Of a DNA stretch of 64,000 nucleotides, positions 24,901 to 39,149 are shown piece by piece. Location: positions 34,658,001 to 34,722,000 of the forward strand of contig OZ231126.1 of the NCBI GenBank assembly GCA_965153355.1, written 5' to 3'. This DNA is from Flaccisagitta enflata (lineage: Eukaryota). The position numbers and the translations under genes are program-made. The first letter of the stretch is position 1, and every line of letters starts with the position of its first letter. The notes below the pieces were generated by a model. That model made no database searches. It was not told the DNA's origin and worked only from the letters and a program-made list of their open reading frames with translations.

Positions 24901-27900
24901 TATGAGCAAAACAAGATAAACATGGGAAAATTCAATGACCTGTACCTCAGGATGGTAAAAAAGTGTTTTTTCTCAAAATCCGGCCCTAGGATGATTTAAA
25001 AGCTGGTGGATTCCATTTCTTGCACCTACAGGCTATACAAAACAGTAATAAAACCAGCAGTTTTGTTAAAATCATCCCCAAGGTAGTAGAAATGACATGT
25101 GACATGAAAACCGCAGGTATTTTCTAAGCAAAGTTAGCAAAATTGATAACTATGTTTTGCCTTCGGCAAAGTTGCAAAAATGTCACATCAAAGGAAATAA
25201 AAAACTTTGCCTTCCGCAAAGTTTTTTAACTTTTCAAAATTGAACTTGGCCCAGTCCCAAACCCTTAACTCCAGACTGCGTGTTTTGCAAGATCCCAGCC
25301 AGAAACAAAAAGTGATTTGGCAAATTGACAACCTTGTTTTATCAAGGACATTTACTCCGAAATTCACTCACTCGCCGTTTCTAAGGTAAGCAAAATGATT
25401 GAAATATAATGCAAAAGCTCTGATTTGTATTCTCTAGTTTTAACTCAACCCGGTCCCTAACCCTAAACTCAACCCAGTCGCTAACCCTAAACTCAACCCA
25501 GTCGCTAACCCTAAACTCAACCCAGTTGCTAACCCCAAACTCAACCCAGTCCCTAACCCTACCTAAACTCAACCCGGTCCCTAACCCTAAACTCAACCCG
25601 GTCCTTATCTCTAAACTCAACCCGTCCCTATCCTAAACTCAACCCGTTCCCTAAACTCAAACCTGTCCCTAAAAACTCAGTCCCTAACCTAAACTCAACC
25701 CGGTCCTAACCCTAACTCAACCCGTCTCTAACCCTATACCCGGTCCCTAACCCTATACTCAACCGGTCTAACCTAAACAACCTGTCCTAAAACTTCAACC
25801 CGGTCCCTATCCTTAAACTCAACCTGCTCCCTATCCCTAAACTCAACCCGGTCCCTAACCCTAAACTCAACCCGGTCCCTAACCTTAAACTCAACCCGGT
25901 TTCTGTATTTGAGTGTTTTTGTTTTTCCCACTACCCACTCATCGCGTTCCCTATAGGAGACGCGCGATACTTTCATTTACACAGTTTTTGGCATTTATTG
26001 ATAAAGATTCAGGAGTTGGGAAAGAGAAAACCAAAAAAAATCACTTGCCACTCCCCACTCGCCACTCGCCACTCGCCACTCGGGTTTCTGTATTTTTGAG
26101 TGTTTGGTTTTCCCACTCCCCACTTGTTGCGTTCCCTATAGGAGATGCGCGATACTTTCATTTACACTGTTTTTGGCATTTATTGAAAAGCATTCAGAGT
26201 TGGAAAAGAGAACACCAAAAAAAATTACTTGCCACTCCCCACTCCCTAACCCTAAACTCAACCCGGTCCCTAACCCTAAACTCAACCCGGTCCCTAATCC
26301 TAAACTCAACCCGGTCCCTAACCCTAAACTCAACCCGGTCCCTAACCCTAAACTCAACCCGGTCCCTAACCCTAAACTCAACCCGGTCTCTAACCCTAAA
26401 CTCAACCCGGTCCCTAACCCTAAACTCAACCTGGTCCCTAACCCTAAACTAAACTCAGCTCGGTCCCTAACCCTAAACTAAACTCAACCGGTCCTAACCC
26501 TAAACTAAACTCAACCCGGTCCTTATCCTAAACTCAACCCGGTCCTATCTCTAAACTCAATTCCCTATCCTTAAACTCAACCTGTCCATCCTAACTCAAC
26601 CGGTCCTCAATCAACCAGTCCCTAACCTAAACTCAACGGTCTTAACCTAAACTCAACCGGTCCTTAACCCTATACTCAACCTGTCCTAACCCTAACTCAA
26701 CCTGGTCCTAACCCTAAACTCAACCTGTCCCTATCTAAACTCAACCTGGCCCTTATCCCCAAACTCAACCCGGTCCCTAACCCTAAACTCAACCCGGTCC
26801 CTAACCTTAAACTCAACCCGGTTTCTGTATTTGAGTGTTTTTGTTTTTCCCACTCCCCACTCATCGCGTTCCCTATAGGAGACGCGCGATACTTTCATTT
26901 ACACAGTTTTTGGCATTTATTGATAAAGATTCAGGAGTTGGGAAAGAGAAAACCAAAAAAAATCACTCGCCACTCGCCACTCGCCACTCGCCACTCGCCA
27001 CTCGCCACTCGCCACTCGCCACTCAGGTTTCTGTATTTTTGAGTGTTTGGTTTTCCCACTCCCCACTTGTTGCGTTCCCTATAGGAGATGCGCGATACTT
27101 TCATTTACACTGTTTTTGGCATTTATTGAAAAGCATTCAGAGTTGGAAAAGAGAACACCAAAAAAAATTACTTGCCACTCCCCACTCGCCACGCCCCACG
27201 CCATTGAGGGTAGTATAGTTAACACCTGCCCAGACCTGCCCTGGTGTAACCGTCCGCGCATCAAGACTTAGTGCACAGAATCATTCCTAATGAAAACGGT
27301 AATGCTGTTGTTTAGACGACGTGTACCCAGGGACTGACAGAGGCCTATACAACCTATACAAAATAACAGGGGCCGGGGCCAGAGAAGGCCTGAAGATACC
27401 CTAAATTTAATACAGAGAAGAAAGAGGAAAAGGGAGGAAAAAAAAAGAAAGAATACAAATAGAAAGATGAATAAGAATAAGTCCTGAGCCCTACATTCAC
27501 TTATTCTGATGATTGGTTACCATATTTTGTTCTTATTTGCAACAGATCAAAGAGCCTTGTTTATCACTTGTGTGGATTTCACTCTTTATAATGACTGAAT
27601 GCGCGTCAATTGCCAAGAAAGTAAAACTTATTTGGGAAGACGTGCCTTTTACACCAGAAATAGACTTACCTTGATGGACTGCTCCTCTTGCGATTCTTTT
27701 GCGCGATGAAGTAGAGCAGCCAACTCTTCGAGCTCTTTTTCTCTTGCCTCCAACAATCTCTCCGCGTCGTTGACCTAAGAGCGCAAACGACATGACCAAC
27801 CGTTACGCTTCACATTATTTTTTTACTACATAAAGTAAGCATTCTAGAAATAGGCGGCATTGGATGGCCACCAGGACTTAATCAAAATACTGCCTAGTTG

Positions 27901-30900
27901 ACCCACCCTCGCTAAGATTGTACCTGCTCATTTTTATCAACCATACAGGAGTCCAATTCTTTTATCTTGGCTTCCAGGATCAACTTTTCGGATTCTAGCT
28001 TCTTTTTATCGTCCATCAATTGTTTTTCTTTTTTGTTTGCCACATCGAGGTTTTCCTTTAAAAAAAACAAAGATAAGTACAGACGAAAGTGAATTACAAT
28101 AAGTTAACCCCCCAAAAACTGTAGCACCCCCCCCTACAGCCTCAACAGCAGATTGAAGAAAGACGTATAAGATGGGGAATGGAAGCTTATATCAATACAA
28201 TTAGCCTCATCAGAGCGATTTTGGAATTTCATTCCCAGTAAAAAGTTATAGCTAAAAAACTAGTAAAAAATTGCATTTTTAGCATAATTCAAAAAATGTT
28301 AATTTTAGTTAGTTTTTAAGCTGTAACTCTTTACTGGGAATGAAATTCCAAAATCGCTCTGATGAGGCTAATTGTATTGATATAAGCTACTATTCTCCAT
28401 CTCACATGCAAATCTTCATTCAGCGGTTGCAGCTGTAGGGGGGGTGCTACAGTTTTTGGGGGGTTAACTTCTTGTATTTCACTTTTGTCTGTATACGAAG
28501 AGGTAACTGAGATAATTGTGGCACATGGATAACTACTACTAACTAGCTTGGGATGTCGTGACAGGACTTATTGTAACAAGCCCGACCGGTACCGGGCAAC
28601 AATTCGCGCGTATTGAACGTGTGACGCATAAACAGGCCTGAAATTAGTATTTTTTCTGAGCGTGCACGCCGGGCACGCCCCCCAAAATTTTAGCGTGCCC
28701 GACAGGAAGACATCGTGCCCGGTAAAATAGATGGTTTTACCATACTTCCAATAACACATTTTATTTCTGAAGCCCTCAAAAGAGATAGAGATAGCTACTA
28801 GTGAAATAACTACAACGTTCTTAATTTTTGAGTGTTTTGATGCTTTGTTAAAAAAAACTAGGTTAGGCTAAGCTTTATTTGACTTCATTTTTATGTGTGT
28901 ATAAGAAGTCATGCCTGTCCCTCAGTTAGTTGGTCGGTTGGTCTGTCAGTTGATCGCGCATATATCAAAACCGCGCAAAACTGCCTACCCTGGCGTCAAT
29001 CTTTATTCTTGTAACCTTCCCACTTTCATTCACCTTCATTCACTTTCATTCACCTTCATTCATTTTCATTCACCTTCATTCACTTTCTATTTTCATCCAT
29101 TCATGCAAGCATTCATTAAAAATGTTCCTTCCTCAAAAACGTTCATTCATATATTCTTAGTCAGCCAGGCACACATATCGGCCTTTTTTCTCAGTTGAAA
29201 AGAGTAACATTGATTCAACAAATAAGGCTGAAATTCCATTGTCACACTTTTGGAAAAGATAAAGGAAAAGGCCGAGTTTACGCCAATACTTGTGCCTCGC
29301 GATCTAAGAAAGAATGAAAGAAAGAATGAATGAATGAATAAATGAATGAATGAATGAATGAATGGATGAATGCTTAAATGAATGAGTGATTGGTTGAATG
29401 ATTTAGAGCGAGAAGGTGAAAAGAAGGCTTAGAACTCATTTTGCTCATTTTTTCCCCTTTTTCTTGAAAGCATGAGAGATTAAAAAAATAAAAGACACAC
29501 AGGAGCGTGCACGCCGGGCATGCAGCTAGCAAAAGCTGCGTGCCCGACAGCGAAACTGCGTGCGCCGGGCACGCGGGCACGCTCTATTTTCAGGCCTGCC
29601 GGCATAAAGAGTGGCGAACTGACAGTTGAGACGACAATAGTAAACGAGGCGCCAAAAACATTGTTTGTCAATCATTTGAATTCAGTGTGGGATCTTACGG
29701 TGGCCAAAAACGGCCGAGAAACGCCGTTTAGCACAGACTTAATGGACAGACAGACGGACCAACCGACCGCCGGTCACACGGACAAACCCTCTTGTAGAGA
29801 TTCGTTCCTGACGGACACGTCTAAAAACGCAACCTACTTTCAAAGATGCTTGGTTTCCGACATGAAAAGCTTGCAAAGGGATTAAAAGGTTATGCATGTA
29901 ATTTTCAGTCGCGTGCACGCGACTGCACAACCCACTCTGTCCGTCGGCCGGTCCGTCCATAACACTTTGCTTTTTCGCCGTATTTGGGCGGTTTTAGGTT
30001 TAGAGCTCCTGCCTAACAGCTTGGTTGATCTATTTCATCACTGCCCCTGCCCTTCCGCACGCGACTTGGGCAGCCGTGTATCCAGCCTTGTTGGATATAG
30101 AAAAGCTACTGGTCGACCAATAACCACGTGGCTAACAATTAGAGAAACCTGAAGAACCGCAGTTTTTGTCCGGACGATCATAAGATCCTCATCTCCCTCG
30201 ATCTCGACGAAATCCTCTCCCCTTGGACTCTTAAACTGAAACGGAACCGATGCTCCACGCACTTGTCCACCGCCAACATAGCAAAATTGATAAAACTCTC
30301 CGTCATCCTCTGGTAGTACGTGAGCTGTAAAGAAAAGTAAAACATGTACCGTAGTTATGCCATTGATAACGCCATACCTGCTTGCTTCGAGTCCAATAAT
30401 TGAAGGAAGTACGTAAAAAACTGAGGAGCGCTGCTCATTCAAGAGACTAGCAACATTTATTGTCATCTGATCCCCGTAAAAGTAAGCGTACACGTTGTCA
30501 AACACGAACAATCCTCATTCTGGACGAAATCACGAAGCCATTTCCGTCAATTAATGGAAACCACAAACCTTGAAATAAAACCTTTGCGACATTGTTCTCG
30601 TGTATTTTGTAATCATTTGGAATAACCACCCATTGGTACGTCTTGTAGTCTCGAGGAGAGCTCCAACCAACCTATAAACGAAAGATCAAGTGAATAGGTT
30701 TTAATAGGATGTTGAACCTGCGCATATGGATTGAAAACCCAGATGTAAAAAATCTGAACAGTAGTTGGGTCCGCCACGGAAGGGGTTTAAAGACCACAAA
30801 TTCCATAAGATTGCTATAAGCAAAAGATTAAAAAACCCACAAAATGCATATAAATCTGGTACATATGTTGAGTCTTTCCATTTTGAGCCTCTATATCAAG

Positions 30901-33386
30901 ATTCAAGCAAATTGGTCAAGAAATGACAAAGTTATACTCGTCTTTCACTTCTAGGCCGGTGAGATAATTAGGTGGTAGGCTGGTAAGATAGGTAGTAGGC
31001 TGGTTTGACAGAATTAATAGTGTGCATATATCGAGATCCTCCATTTAGAGACTCTTTACCAGGTTTCAACCACATTGGTTGAAAAATATCAAAGTTAGGC
31101 AAGTTTTTCACTTTTGGGCCATGGGTGATATGGTGGTGATAAGGGGGTGATAGGGGGTTGACGGGTACTTATTTTTTGTGGTGGTGGGATCCGGGGCACT
31201 GTGGGCCAGTAGGCTGGTTGGGTGGTGGGCTGGCTTGACAGAATAAATAGTCTGCATATGTTGAGTGATTCCATTTAGAGACTCCATACCAACTTTTAAC
31301 CCAATTGGTTGAAAAATGTCGAAGTTATGCAAGTTTTTCACTTTAAGGCTGGTTGGGTGGTAGGTAAGTTTGGCCGGTCAGCATACTAAAATGCATATAA
31401 ATTACATACATATCAGAGACTCCATAACAAATTTCAACCAAATCAATTGAAAAATACCAAAGATACGCACGTTTTTCACTTTTAAGCTGGTTGGGTGGTA
31501 AGCTGGCTTGACAGGATAAATAGTTTGCATATGTTGAATTCTTCCATTTATAGAGTCCATACCAAGTTTTAACCCAATCGGTTGAAAAATGTCAAAGTTA
31601 TGCAAGTTTTTCACTTTTAGACCCAGAAGCTGATTGGGTGGTAGGTCAGTTTGGCCGGTTAGCATACTCAAATGCATATAAAGCACTTACAAATGTTGAG
31701 TCTTTCCATTTGGAGACTCCATACCAAATTTAAACCAAATTGGTTAAAAAATGCAAGTTGTTCAATTTTAGGTCAATAGGCTGGTTGGGCCAGTTGGGAG
31801 GGTCAGATCACAAAAACTGGATAGGATGTAAAGCGCCTTACCCTAAAACAACTTCCCACTAAATATGAACCATATCGGTCCTAGCACAAAAAAGTAATCC
31901 ATATTTCAAATGAACACAACGTTGACGACACCCACCCGCCTTGAATTATAGTACGCGTCTGAATTTTTAGACATTTTTAAGTGCGGACACGCAATTCTAT
32001 AACAGGTCGCCCAAGGGCAATATGTGGTCAGCGTTGCCCTGCTTTGAGTTATTGTGAATCGGAGGGAGGGGAAGCAGGGCAGCGGCCCCGAAGGGGACAA
32101 AGTCCTGTAGAACACAGGGGGACTTTCGTTCGTCCGGGCTGGAGAAGTTGATGAGATGCTACAGAGGGCTGACTGAAGGCCTTTAAGAGCCTAAACTGAG
32201 GTCTAAGACGGCTGATGTAAGGCCTGAGAATGCCAATTGGAAGCTTGAGAGGGCTGACTTGAGGCTTGGGAGAGCTGGATTAAGGCTGAGGACTGATTTG
32301 AAGCCTGAGAGCAATAAATTAAGGCTGAGAGGCCAGGTTTGAGGCCTGAGAGGCCAGGTTTGAGGCCTGAGAGGCCAGGTTGGAGGCCTGAGAGGCCAGG
32401 TTTGAGGCCTGAGAGGCAAGATTTGAGGCCTGAGAGGCAAGATTTGAGGCTTGAGAGGGCGGGTTGGAGACCTGAGAGGTTGAATTTCAGGCCTGAGAGG
32501 CAAGATTTGAGGCCTGAGAGGCCAGATTTGAAGCCTGAGAGGCCAGATTTAAGGCCTGAGGGGCCTGATGAGGGGGGGGACGAACAAAAGAACGGACGGA
32601 CGGACGGACGAACAAATGGACGAATGAACAAACAAAAGTCCCCCTGTGTTCTACAGGACTTTGTCCCCTTCGGGGCCGCTGCCCAAAAGGCTTTTTCTGT
32701 CAGTCCATCCATTGGTTGGTCAGTCAGTCCATCCGTCTGTTGGTCCGTGAGCATTTTAGAAGCTTTTTGTGAATGTGTGTTGGGAGGGGGCTTGGGTGTG
32801 GATAAGGGTTGGCTGCCCCTGCCCACCCATCCGCAACAATATTGTGACCCCCCCGTCACTTGCTTTCTTTGTACAATTGTTCAACACGCATGTTGGAGCA
32901 TTGATCAGTAAGCAAGACTTTCATCAATTCACAGATCAAAAGACGTGAATAATCTTTAGTTTATTTCTAGTTGCGGACACGGCTTTGCCCGTTAGTCCAT
33001 CCGTCCATCCGTCTGTCTGTCTGTCTGTCCATCACCCACAAGTCGAAAAGTGGAAAAACGAGCGTTTTAGACTTTTTTGGGAGTTTTTTTTGAGTGTATT
33101 AGTGGGGGGGGGCATAGGGTATGGATGAGAGTTGGATGCCCCTGCCCATCCGTCTGCAACGATATTGTAACCCCGCGTCACTTGTTACTCAAACAGCGCA
33201 TGTAAGTCACAGTCGAGCATTCATACTGACCTTGTATAGACCGATCCAATCACGCGCATTTGGCTGGTACGACCGCGTCAGGGTGTACTTGCATTCAATG
33301 TGGGCGTTAACGTGGTACTTCTCCGCAAGATTCTGGAAGATAACTGTCATAAAGGGATAATTTGAAAAACCGCTTACTTGGTCCAT
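18935..33386 (-). CDS. TAX1BP1: Host TAX1BP1/CALCOCO-family autophagy receptor (SKICH + coiled coil), 7 exons visible, 3' end not found
   Basis: Exons 33386-33231, 30671-30569, 30324-30149, 28055-27924, 27774-27670, 19457-19212, 19009-18935; all GT-AG and in phase. VIFQN..HIECKYTLT..DWIGLYK|VGWSSPRDY..LPEDDGEFYQFCYV..RGASVPFQF is SKICH; KELYK|THFNSTE resembles TAX1BP1. Start codon and orthology uncertain. Confidence 0.85.
19904..20098 (+). repeat. Telomere-like 24-bp satellite (TTAGGG TTAGGG ACCGGG TTGAGT)n
   Basis: About 8 units. Confidence 0.9.
21104..21513. mobile_element. Tc1/mariner-type MITE (TA target)
   Basis: TA-CTATGCGAATTAAAAAAAAGACGCAC..GTGCGTCTTTTTTTTAAATTTGTATAG-TA; absent from the opposite foldback arm at ~24530. 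Confidence 0.85.
21812..22127. mobile_element. hAT-type MITE (same family as 8946-9275)
   Basis: TIR CAGGGGTGTATATAGTTGC / GCAACTATATACAGGCCTG; TSD CAAATTAG; empty site in the opposite arm. Confidence 0.93.
22540..23119. mobile_element. Tc1/mariner-like MITE (second copy at 38553-39149)
   Basis: TIR ACAGGGTGTGCAAAAAAATCCGCACTCA flanked by TA. Confidence 0.8.
23545..24080. repeat. Dispersed host repeat with GGCAGCGGCCCC..TCCTGTAGAACACAGGGGG ends and a GAGGCCTGA-rich interior (copies near 32020-32690, 36970-37400, 60800-61600)
   Basis: The same motifs recur across the window in both orientations. Confidence 0.7.
25440..26820 (-). repeat. Expanded 24-bp telomere-like satellite in the right foldback arm
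   Basis: (CCCTAACCCTAAACTCAACCCGGT)n in two blocks, partly degraded. Confidence 0.9.
28080..28491. mobile_element. Palindromic TA-flanked MITE
   Basis: CAGACGAAAGTGAA..TTCACTTTTGTCTG with ~190-bp inverted arms. Confidence 0.8.
28633..29598. mobile_element. hAT-like non-autonomous element with nested repeats
   Basis: TIR CAGGCCTGAAA.TAG; internal GTGCACGCCGGGCA motifs; imperfect GCATAAA flanks. Confidence 0.55.
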
Positions 33387-36300
33387 AAATTCTTCTACTA
33401 TCCGGCAAAAATCCGACGGAAGGGGGCCCGGGGTTAAAGTAGTGGGGGGACCGTGGAGCCCCAAATGGGTAAATAAGAGAGATACACCACCCAGTATGCG
33501 ACCAATGTCTGGCGGAACATCTTTCTCAACAATCCCAAACATCAGATGAACTTTAAAATGTTGAAAAAATCGCCCTCATCCAGCATCTTTTTCATCTATG
33601 TGAATTATCGAAATTCCCATTAAAATTGCTGCATTTTTAGGGCTTTTCGCCACAAAAAGTTTTAATTTCGAATCACTTTCAACAATACCAAGCATTTTCT
33701 ATGTGATTGCTTATGTGGTATGTAACAGGTGATTGATTAGTAAAACAAAACTCTTTATTGCTGCAAGTTGCAGCATATTGCTGCAGGCACCGTGGCTACC
33801 CAAGTCACATGCGGGAAGGCAGGGCCCGTAATTGAAGTCACTTGATCATTTGGGCAGGTGCAGTGAGGCAAAAACAAAAAAAGTAAACAAAAACAAAAAA
33901 AGTAAAGGGTGACAGTCCAACTGATGGACTGTCAGATGGACCTACAGACCAACAAAGCAGGGTGTTGAGTCGCATAGCACATGACTAAAAATGTTGCAAA
34001 TCTGAGAACACTCAGATACTAGCAACTCTATCAGGAGCTTTAACCATCTGTCAGTCTGTCTTTTGGACACTTTGTCCATCAATCCATCCATCAGCATATC
34101 TGTCCCTCCATCCCTACATTTACAATACACTGGTACATTCGTAAGTAAAGATCTTCATCATTTGTGCCCCTGCCAGTATTTTTGTAACATGTTGAAATGG
34201 CCAATGTAGGTCCTTCAAGTGTAAACTTTCAACTAGCCCTTGCATCTGTCTGTTTGTCTATCTGTCTGTTAATCCAACTGTCCATTCAACCCTCTGTCCA
34301 TTCAACCATTCACCCATTACATCCAGATCCGTAAGCATTGTTTAAAAGCAAACATGGCCGGGTACACAGCTACCAAAGTCGCATGTAGGTAAGCAGGGGC
34401 AGTGATTGAAAAGGCTTACTTGAGCAAAAGATGCCCAAAAACACTGAAAATGCTAATGGCATCAGACCAACCAATAGACCGACCGACTGACAGAGGGGGT
34501 TATTGAGTCGTGTAGCATGTAACCAGAAATTGTGAAGGTTAAAAATGTACATCACCGTTTTCTATCATGTTCATTTAGTGGTGAATATAGTTCCATGACC
34601 TTTGATCTATTCCCCCCCCCAACCTTTGATTTCGTTTCCTGTAACTCATCCTGTTGTGTCATCAAATTGATGACTTTCCATGATAAAGCAATAAAACTAT
34701 GTTTAAGATTTAAATAGTGTTAAATTGTGTTTTACAGGTTACCTGTTACTCGTTACTTGTTACTACCAAAAAATTCCTAAAATTTTCTTTCATTCCCTTT
34801 TGTCGGTCTGTTGGTTGGTTGGTTAGTTAGTCCCCTTTACGGGCAGCGGGCCCAAGGGGTCAATGACCTATGCTTTCACACATGGGGAATTTTTTCTTTG
34901 TACCCCCCTCCTCCCCCCTCCCTCCAGGCCCATATCTCTGCAGACTGAGAGGAGGGGGGGGTGCAGAGGAGAAGAAAAAGGATAAAAATTCCCCATATGT
35001 GTGAAAGCATAGGTCATCAACCCCTTGGGGTTGCTGCCCTGCTCCCCTCTCAACTTCAACCACAACCTGCTAGCAGGGCACGGGTACCGCTGACCATATA
35101 ACGCTGTTGCAACTATTTCTTTTTAGGCATTTTTTTAGCTTTTTGAGCATACAGCTCCTGTCCAGATGCCCTAGTGATCTCTTCAGCACTCCTCCTGCCC
35201 ACCCCCATGCGACTAGGGTAGCCATGTATCGGGCCTTGTTTCCTCCTCCCTTTTCCCTCCCCATCTCCAAATCCTTTGCTTAATATGATTGATGTGGAAC
35301 TGCATACAGGCCCGAAGTGTATCAGGTGTTGAGACAGTTGTGTGATTTGTGATGATACAAGACGGTTTGTTTGTCTGTTTCCAGGCAAAATACTGCTGCT
35401 TGTGCATCAACCCAGCCCAGTTGTATGGGTGAGTCGCATTTTGAAGAGTTCCCCTCCCAACAGACAGCCCGACTAAGTGGCATATAGAATTGCATGGACG
35501 CAACTGATGATAGCATTCTATGCTCCTTACCTTAGGTCTTTGTAATCAAGACTCTTGGTCAAGAAATTATTTATACTGCATATCGATGTCAAGATTATTT
35601 CAACTGTCAAACTTGATCAACTGGTGGAGAGCAAGCCCAGCAGTCTCAGTGTTACAAGGCCATTAACATGCAACCTTGGTTATGGGCGGGAAAACCCTGA
35701 AAAGCAACTTTGTCACAGATTGAAGGACCAATGGACCAACGGACATAAAAGTGACTTAAAGAGTTGCATGTCTGCAACGAAAAATTTAGAAAACCGTATT
35801 TTTTCCATTTAGCGCCCCACTGTCATTACTAAGGGTAATATGTGGTCAGCGGTATCCAATGACTAACCACTCATGATTGTGATAGTGAGTCTGAGGAGGC
35901 AATGCAGCCACCCTGAGGGAGATGAAGTACTGTACAACACAGAAGACCTTTGTTCATACTGCTATACTTGTGGCCACTACAGCATTAGAGCAGGAGCAGT
36001 GAGGCAGTGTGAAAAACTGACCGATGAATGGACAGACATGTGGTGTATACCGTCGCATAGCAGGTGACTAAAACCCATCTTACTGAAAACAAGCCTCTCA
36101 TTGTAGTAATTTTTTTTGTCAAATCCCCTGGTATTCATCCCTCTGCACCTTTTTATCTACAGATGGAACCAATGACAGACTCACTTGAACGCGAATAAAA
36201 GAGTTACAGAGCATGCATCTAAAAATGGTAATGCCTTAAATTTTGAGGTCGGGTGTTTCTACTCAAGAACAAGCCCAATTGGGCGCTAAACACTTATGAC

Positions 36301-38552
36301 TTATATGGAGAGACAAATGGACGAACTGACAGATCAAATGACAGAGAAGAACAGGTCGCCCAAGGGCAATATGTCATGTTGTACAGGAACAGCAAATTTT
36401 GGTTTCATTTTACTTTTTGCTTGTGATATAGGTTTATGATTAAAAAATATCATTAGGATTTTAGTTGAATATTTTTTATATAATTTATAAGAAGTTTTAA
36501 CAATGTTTTTAAACCCAGTTTACTGACAATGACCTCATAACAATCAGAAATAGAAATTGAATGTTTGAATTCTTGAGAAAAATGGTGAACAAAATTTTAA
36601 AAACTTGTTGGGTGAAATTATATCACAGCCTCAAAAAAGAAAATTTTGCATTTCTAAGAACATGGCCCTTATCTTATGTGTTTTTAAAAAGAGGCCATGT
36701 TTTTGGAAATGCAAATTTCTTTATTTTCATGCAATGATATAATTTCACCTAACAGGAGTCAGATGACAAAATATAATTGTCTGCAAAAAATCTTTTTTTT
36801 TTTTACCTTTTCAGTACTTTATTTACATCAAGTCTGTATTTTAGTTATTATCTATGCAAAAATATCTTGTTCAACACTTAAAAAATGTTTTTTCAACAAA
36901 GGAAATTATAGAAAAATAATCTAAAAAATATCTAAAAAATTGTAATGACGCATGAAATTTCTTCTTCCCGCCCAAGGGCAATATGTGGTCAGCGATACCC
37001 GTTGCCCTGCTTTGCATGATTGTAAATCGGAGTGAAAGGAAGCAGGGCAGGGGCCCCAAAGGGGACAAAGTCCTGTAGAACACAGGGGGACTTTTGTTTG
37101 TTCGTCCGCTTGTTCATCTGCCTGTCCATCCATCTCCCCCAGGCCCTTTCAGGCCTAAAATCTACCCTCTCGGGCCTGAAACCTGCCCTATCAGGCCTGA
37201 AATGCACCCACTAAGGCCTGAAATCTGCCCTCTCAAGCCTTGAATCTGACTGAAAGGGCAGATTTAGGGCATGAGAGGACAGATTGCCGGCCTGAGGGCA
37301 GATTTCAGGTCTGAAAGGGGGGATTCAAAGCTTGAGAAGGCAGATTTCAGGTCTGAGAGGGTGGATTTCATTGCCCATGCAGATTTCACGCCTGAAAGGG
37401 AAGCGTTCTGGTCTTATTGGGCACAATTTCAGTTGGGCATGGGCCTGTTTGTCTGTCCATCAATTGCCTGTCAGTCCATAATGATTGCCCAGGAATGTGT
37501 GAGTGTGTGGGGAGGGGGGGGAAGTATGTGCCCCTGTACTAATGTATGTTGTTGCACAGGTAATGAAATAGAATATCCCAAACCGCTTGCCTTATGCTTC
37601 CCTGTGTCAATCTGTAGCAAGGAAAAAATATCCCAAGCAGCTTACTTGTTGTAGCCCGCAGCAGCGTGCAGCATTTTGTAGCAAAAGAAAATGTTTTCCA
37701 GCAGACATTCAACAAATTAAAACTGACTTTATTCAAATTTTGGACCAAATTTTCAAAAGCAATGAAAGCTGGAATGGTAAAATATCACAAGGAGCTTGAT
37801 TGCTTGCTGCAACTTACTGCAGCTTTCTGCTTACTGACTGCAGCTTGCTGCAGCTTGCTACAAAAGTAGAATATACCCAGTAGTAATATACTTACAAAGT
37901 TCTAACTGAGATCATTCAGTAAATCAAGTCCACTAAATTGTGATCTCGATCGTCTTTTTGATCAAATTTCAAAATCTATAGGACAATTAGGACATTGCTG
38001 CAAACCAGAAAAGCTTCAGCACCTTATTCTCTTGCTGCAGGTAGGGCTTTGAAAAAGATAGAATTCCTAAGCAAGCATCAATTCACAAATTAAAAACTGC
38101 AATCACTCAGTAAATCATTACCTTTAAATCATGTTCTGCATTGCATTTTTCATCAAATTCTCAAACGAGGGGAACTTGCGGTAATTCATCACCCAAAGTG
38201 CAGCAATTTGCAGCAACCGCTCTACTCTATAATGTTCTACTGTCTTTTGCACACAGCTACACTAAGCAGCATTACCAACTGTCATTTATGGTTACAATCA
38301 AAGCATTTATCATGTAACATGAGACTTAGAGGATCTAAGAGACATGACAAACTTGAGTTTTGGCCAAAAATTCTTAGGTTTTATATAGATGACAAACATA
38401 GTGGGTGAGGGCGATTTTTTCAGCAACTTTGGGCACTGGAAATGATGCAGATTGTTCAGGATGTTACTTCACCAGAGTTTGGTCGCCTACTGGGAAAGAA
38501 ATTGGTTCTCTCCCGTCCCTAGTTAAAGATCACTAATTCCATAAAATCGGTA

Positions 38553-39149
38553 ACAGGGTGTGCAAAAAAATCCGCACTCATCATTTCTACTGAAAAACCA
38601 CACGGAATTGGAAAAACTTTCCAATAAATGCTCAAAGTTTAAAATTAAGTTATTTTTATAGAAAAGATAAAAAAAATGTAAGTATATACATCAGCTGAAT
38701 ATATCATTAAACTAGCTAAATATATTTTTTAACCTACAATGACTTAACTAGAATATTAAAAAAATTTTTTTTCTGTGAATAAATATTTATTTTTCATTTA
38801 AATTCAATTGATGACATTTTTTTTGTGCACTGAAACCCCTCCTTCCTGGCCGATCCATCTCTCCCAGATGTATTTCATCTCAAACAATCCATCTAAGGAC
38901 CAATGAGGTAGCAAAATTTTTTTTTTGTTAATAAATACTGCTCTGCCAATAAAATCATGTCCAAATCATGTTTTCTGTTTCTTCTTTGATACATATCATG
39001 GCTATGTATAAAAACTGTATCAGCTGTTTTTGATTTCTACTTTTAGTATGACCAACTGAGATACTCTGGTTCAAATTTTAGCTCATAACTCCCATAAGAA
39101 GCATGGTTTTAAACCAATATAGTGAGAGCAAAATTTTTTGCACACCCTA
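38553..39149. mobile_element. Copy of the MITE at 22540-23119
   Basis: Shared TIR and interior. Confidence 0.8.

Larger units (their letters stand above)
19502..27238. repeat. ~7.7-kb foldback (inverted duplication) with hAT-like termini
   Basis: Ends CAGACCTGGGCAG.. and ..CTGCCCAGACCTG. Arms 20530-21100/24535-25103, 21516-21811/24244-24530 and 22128-22270/24100-24250 are reverse complements. No TSD found. Confidence 0.85.

Noticed and set aside
19904-26820. CRISPR array or true telomere
   Set aside because: Units are contiguous without unique spacers, no cas genes are present, and the repeats are interstitial within a host intron.
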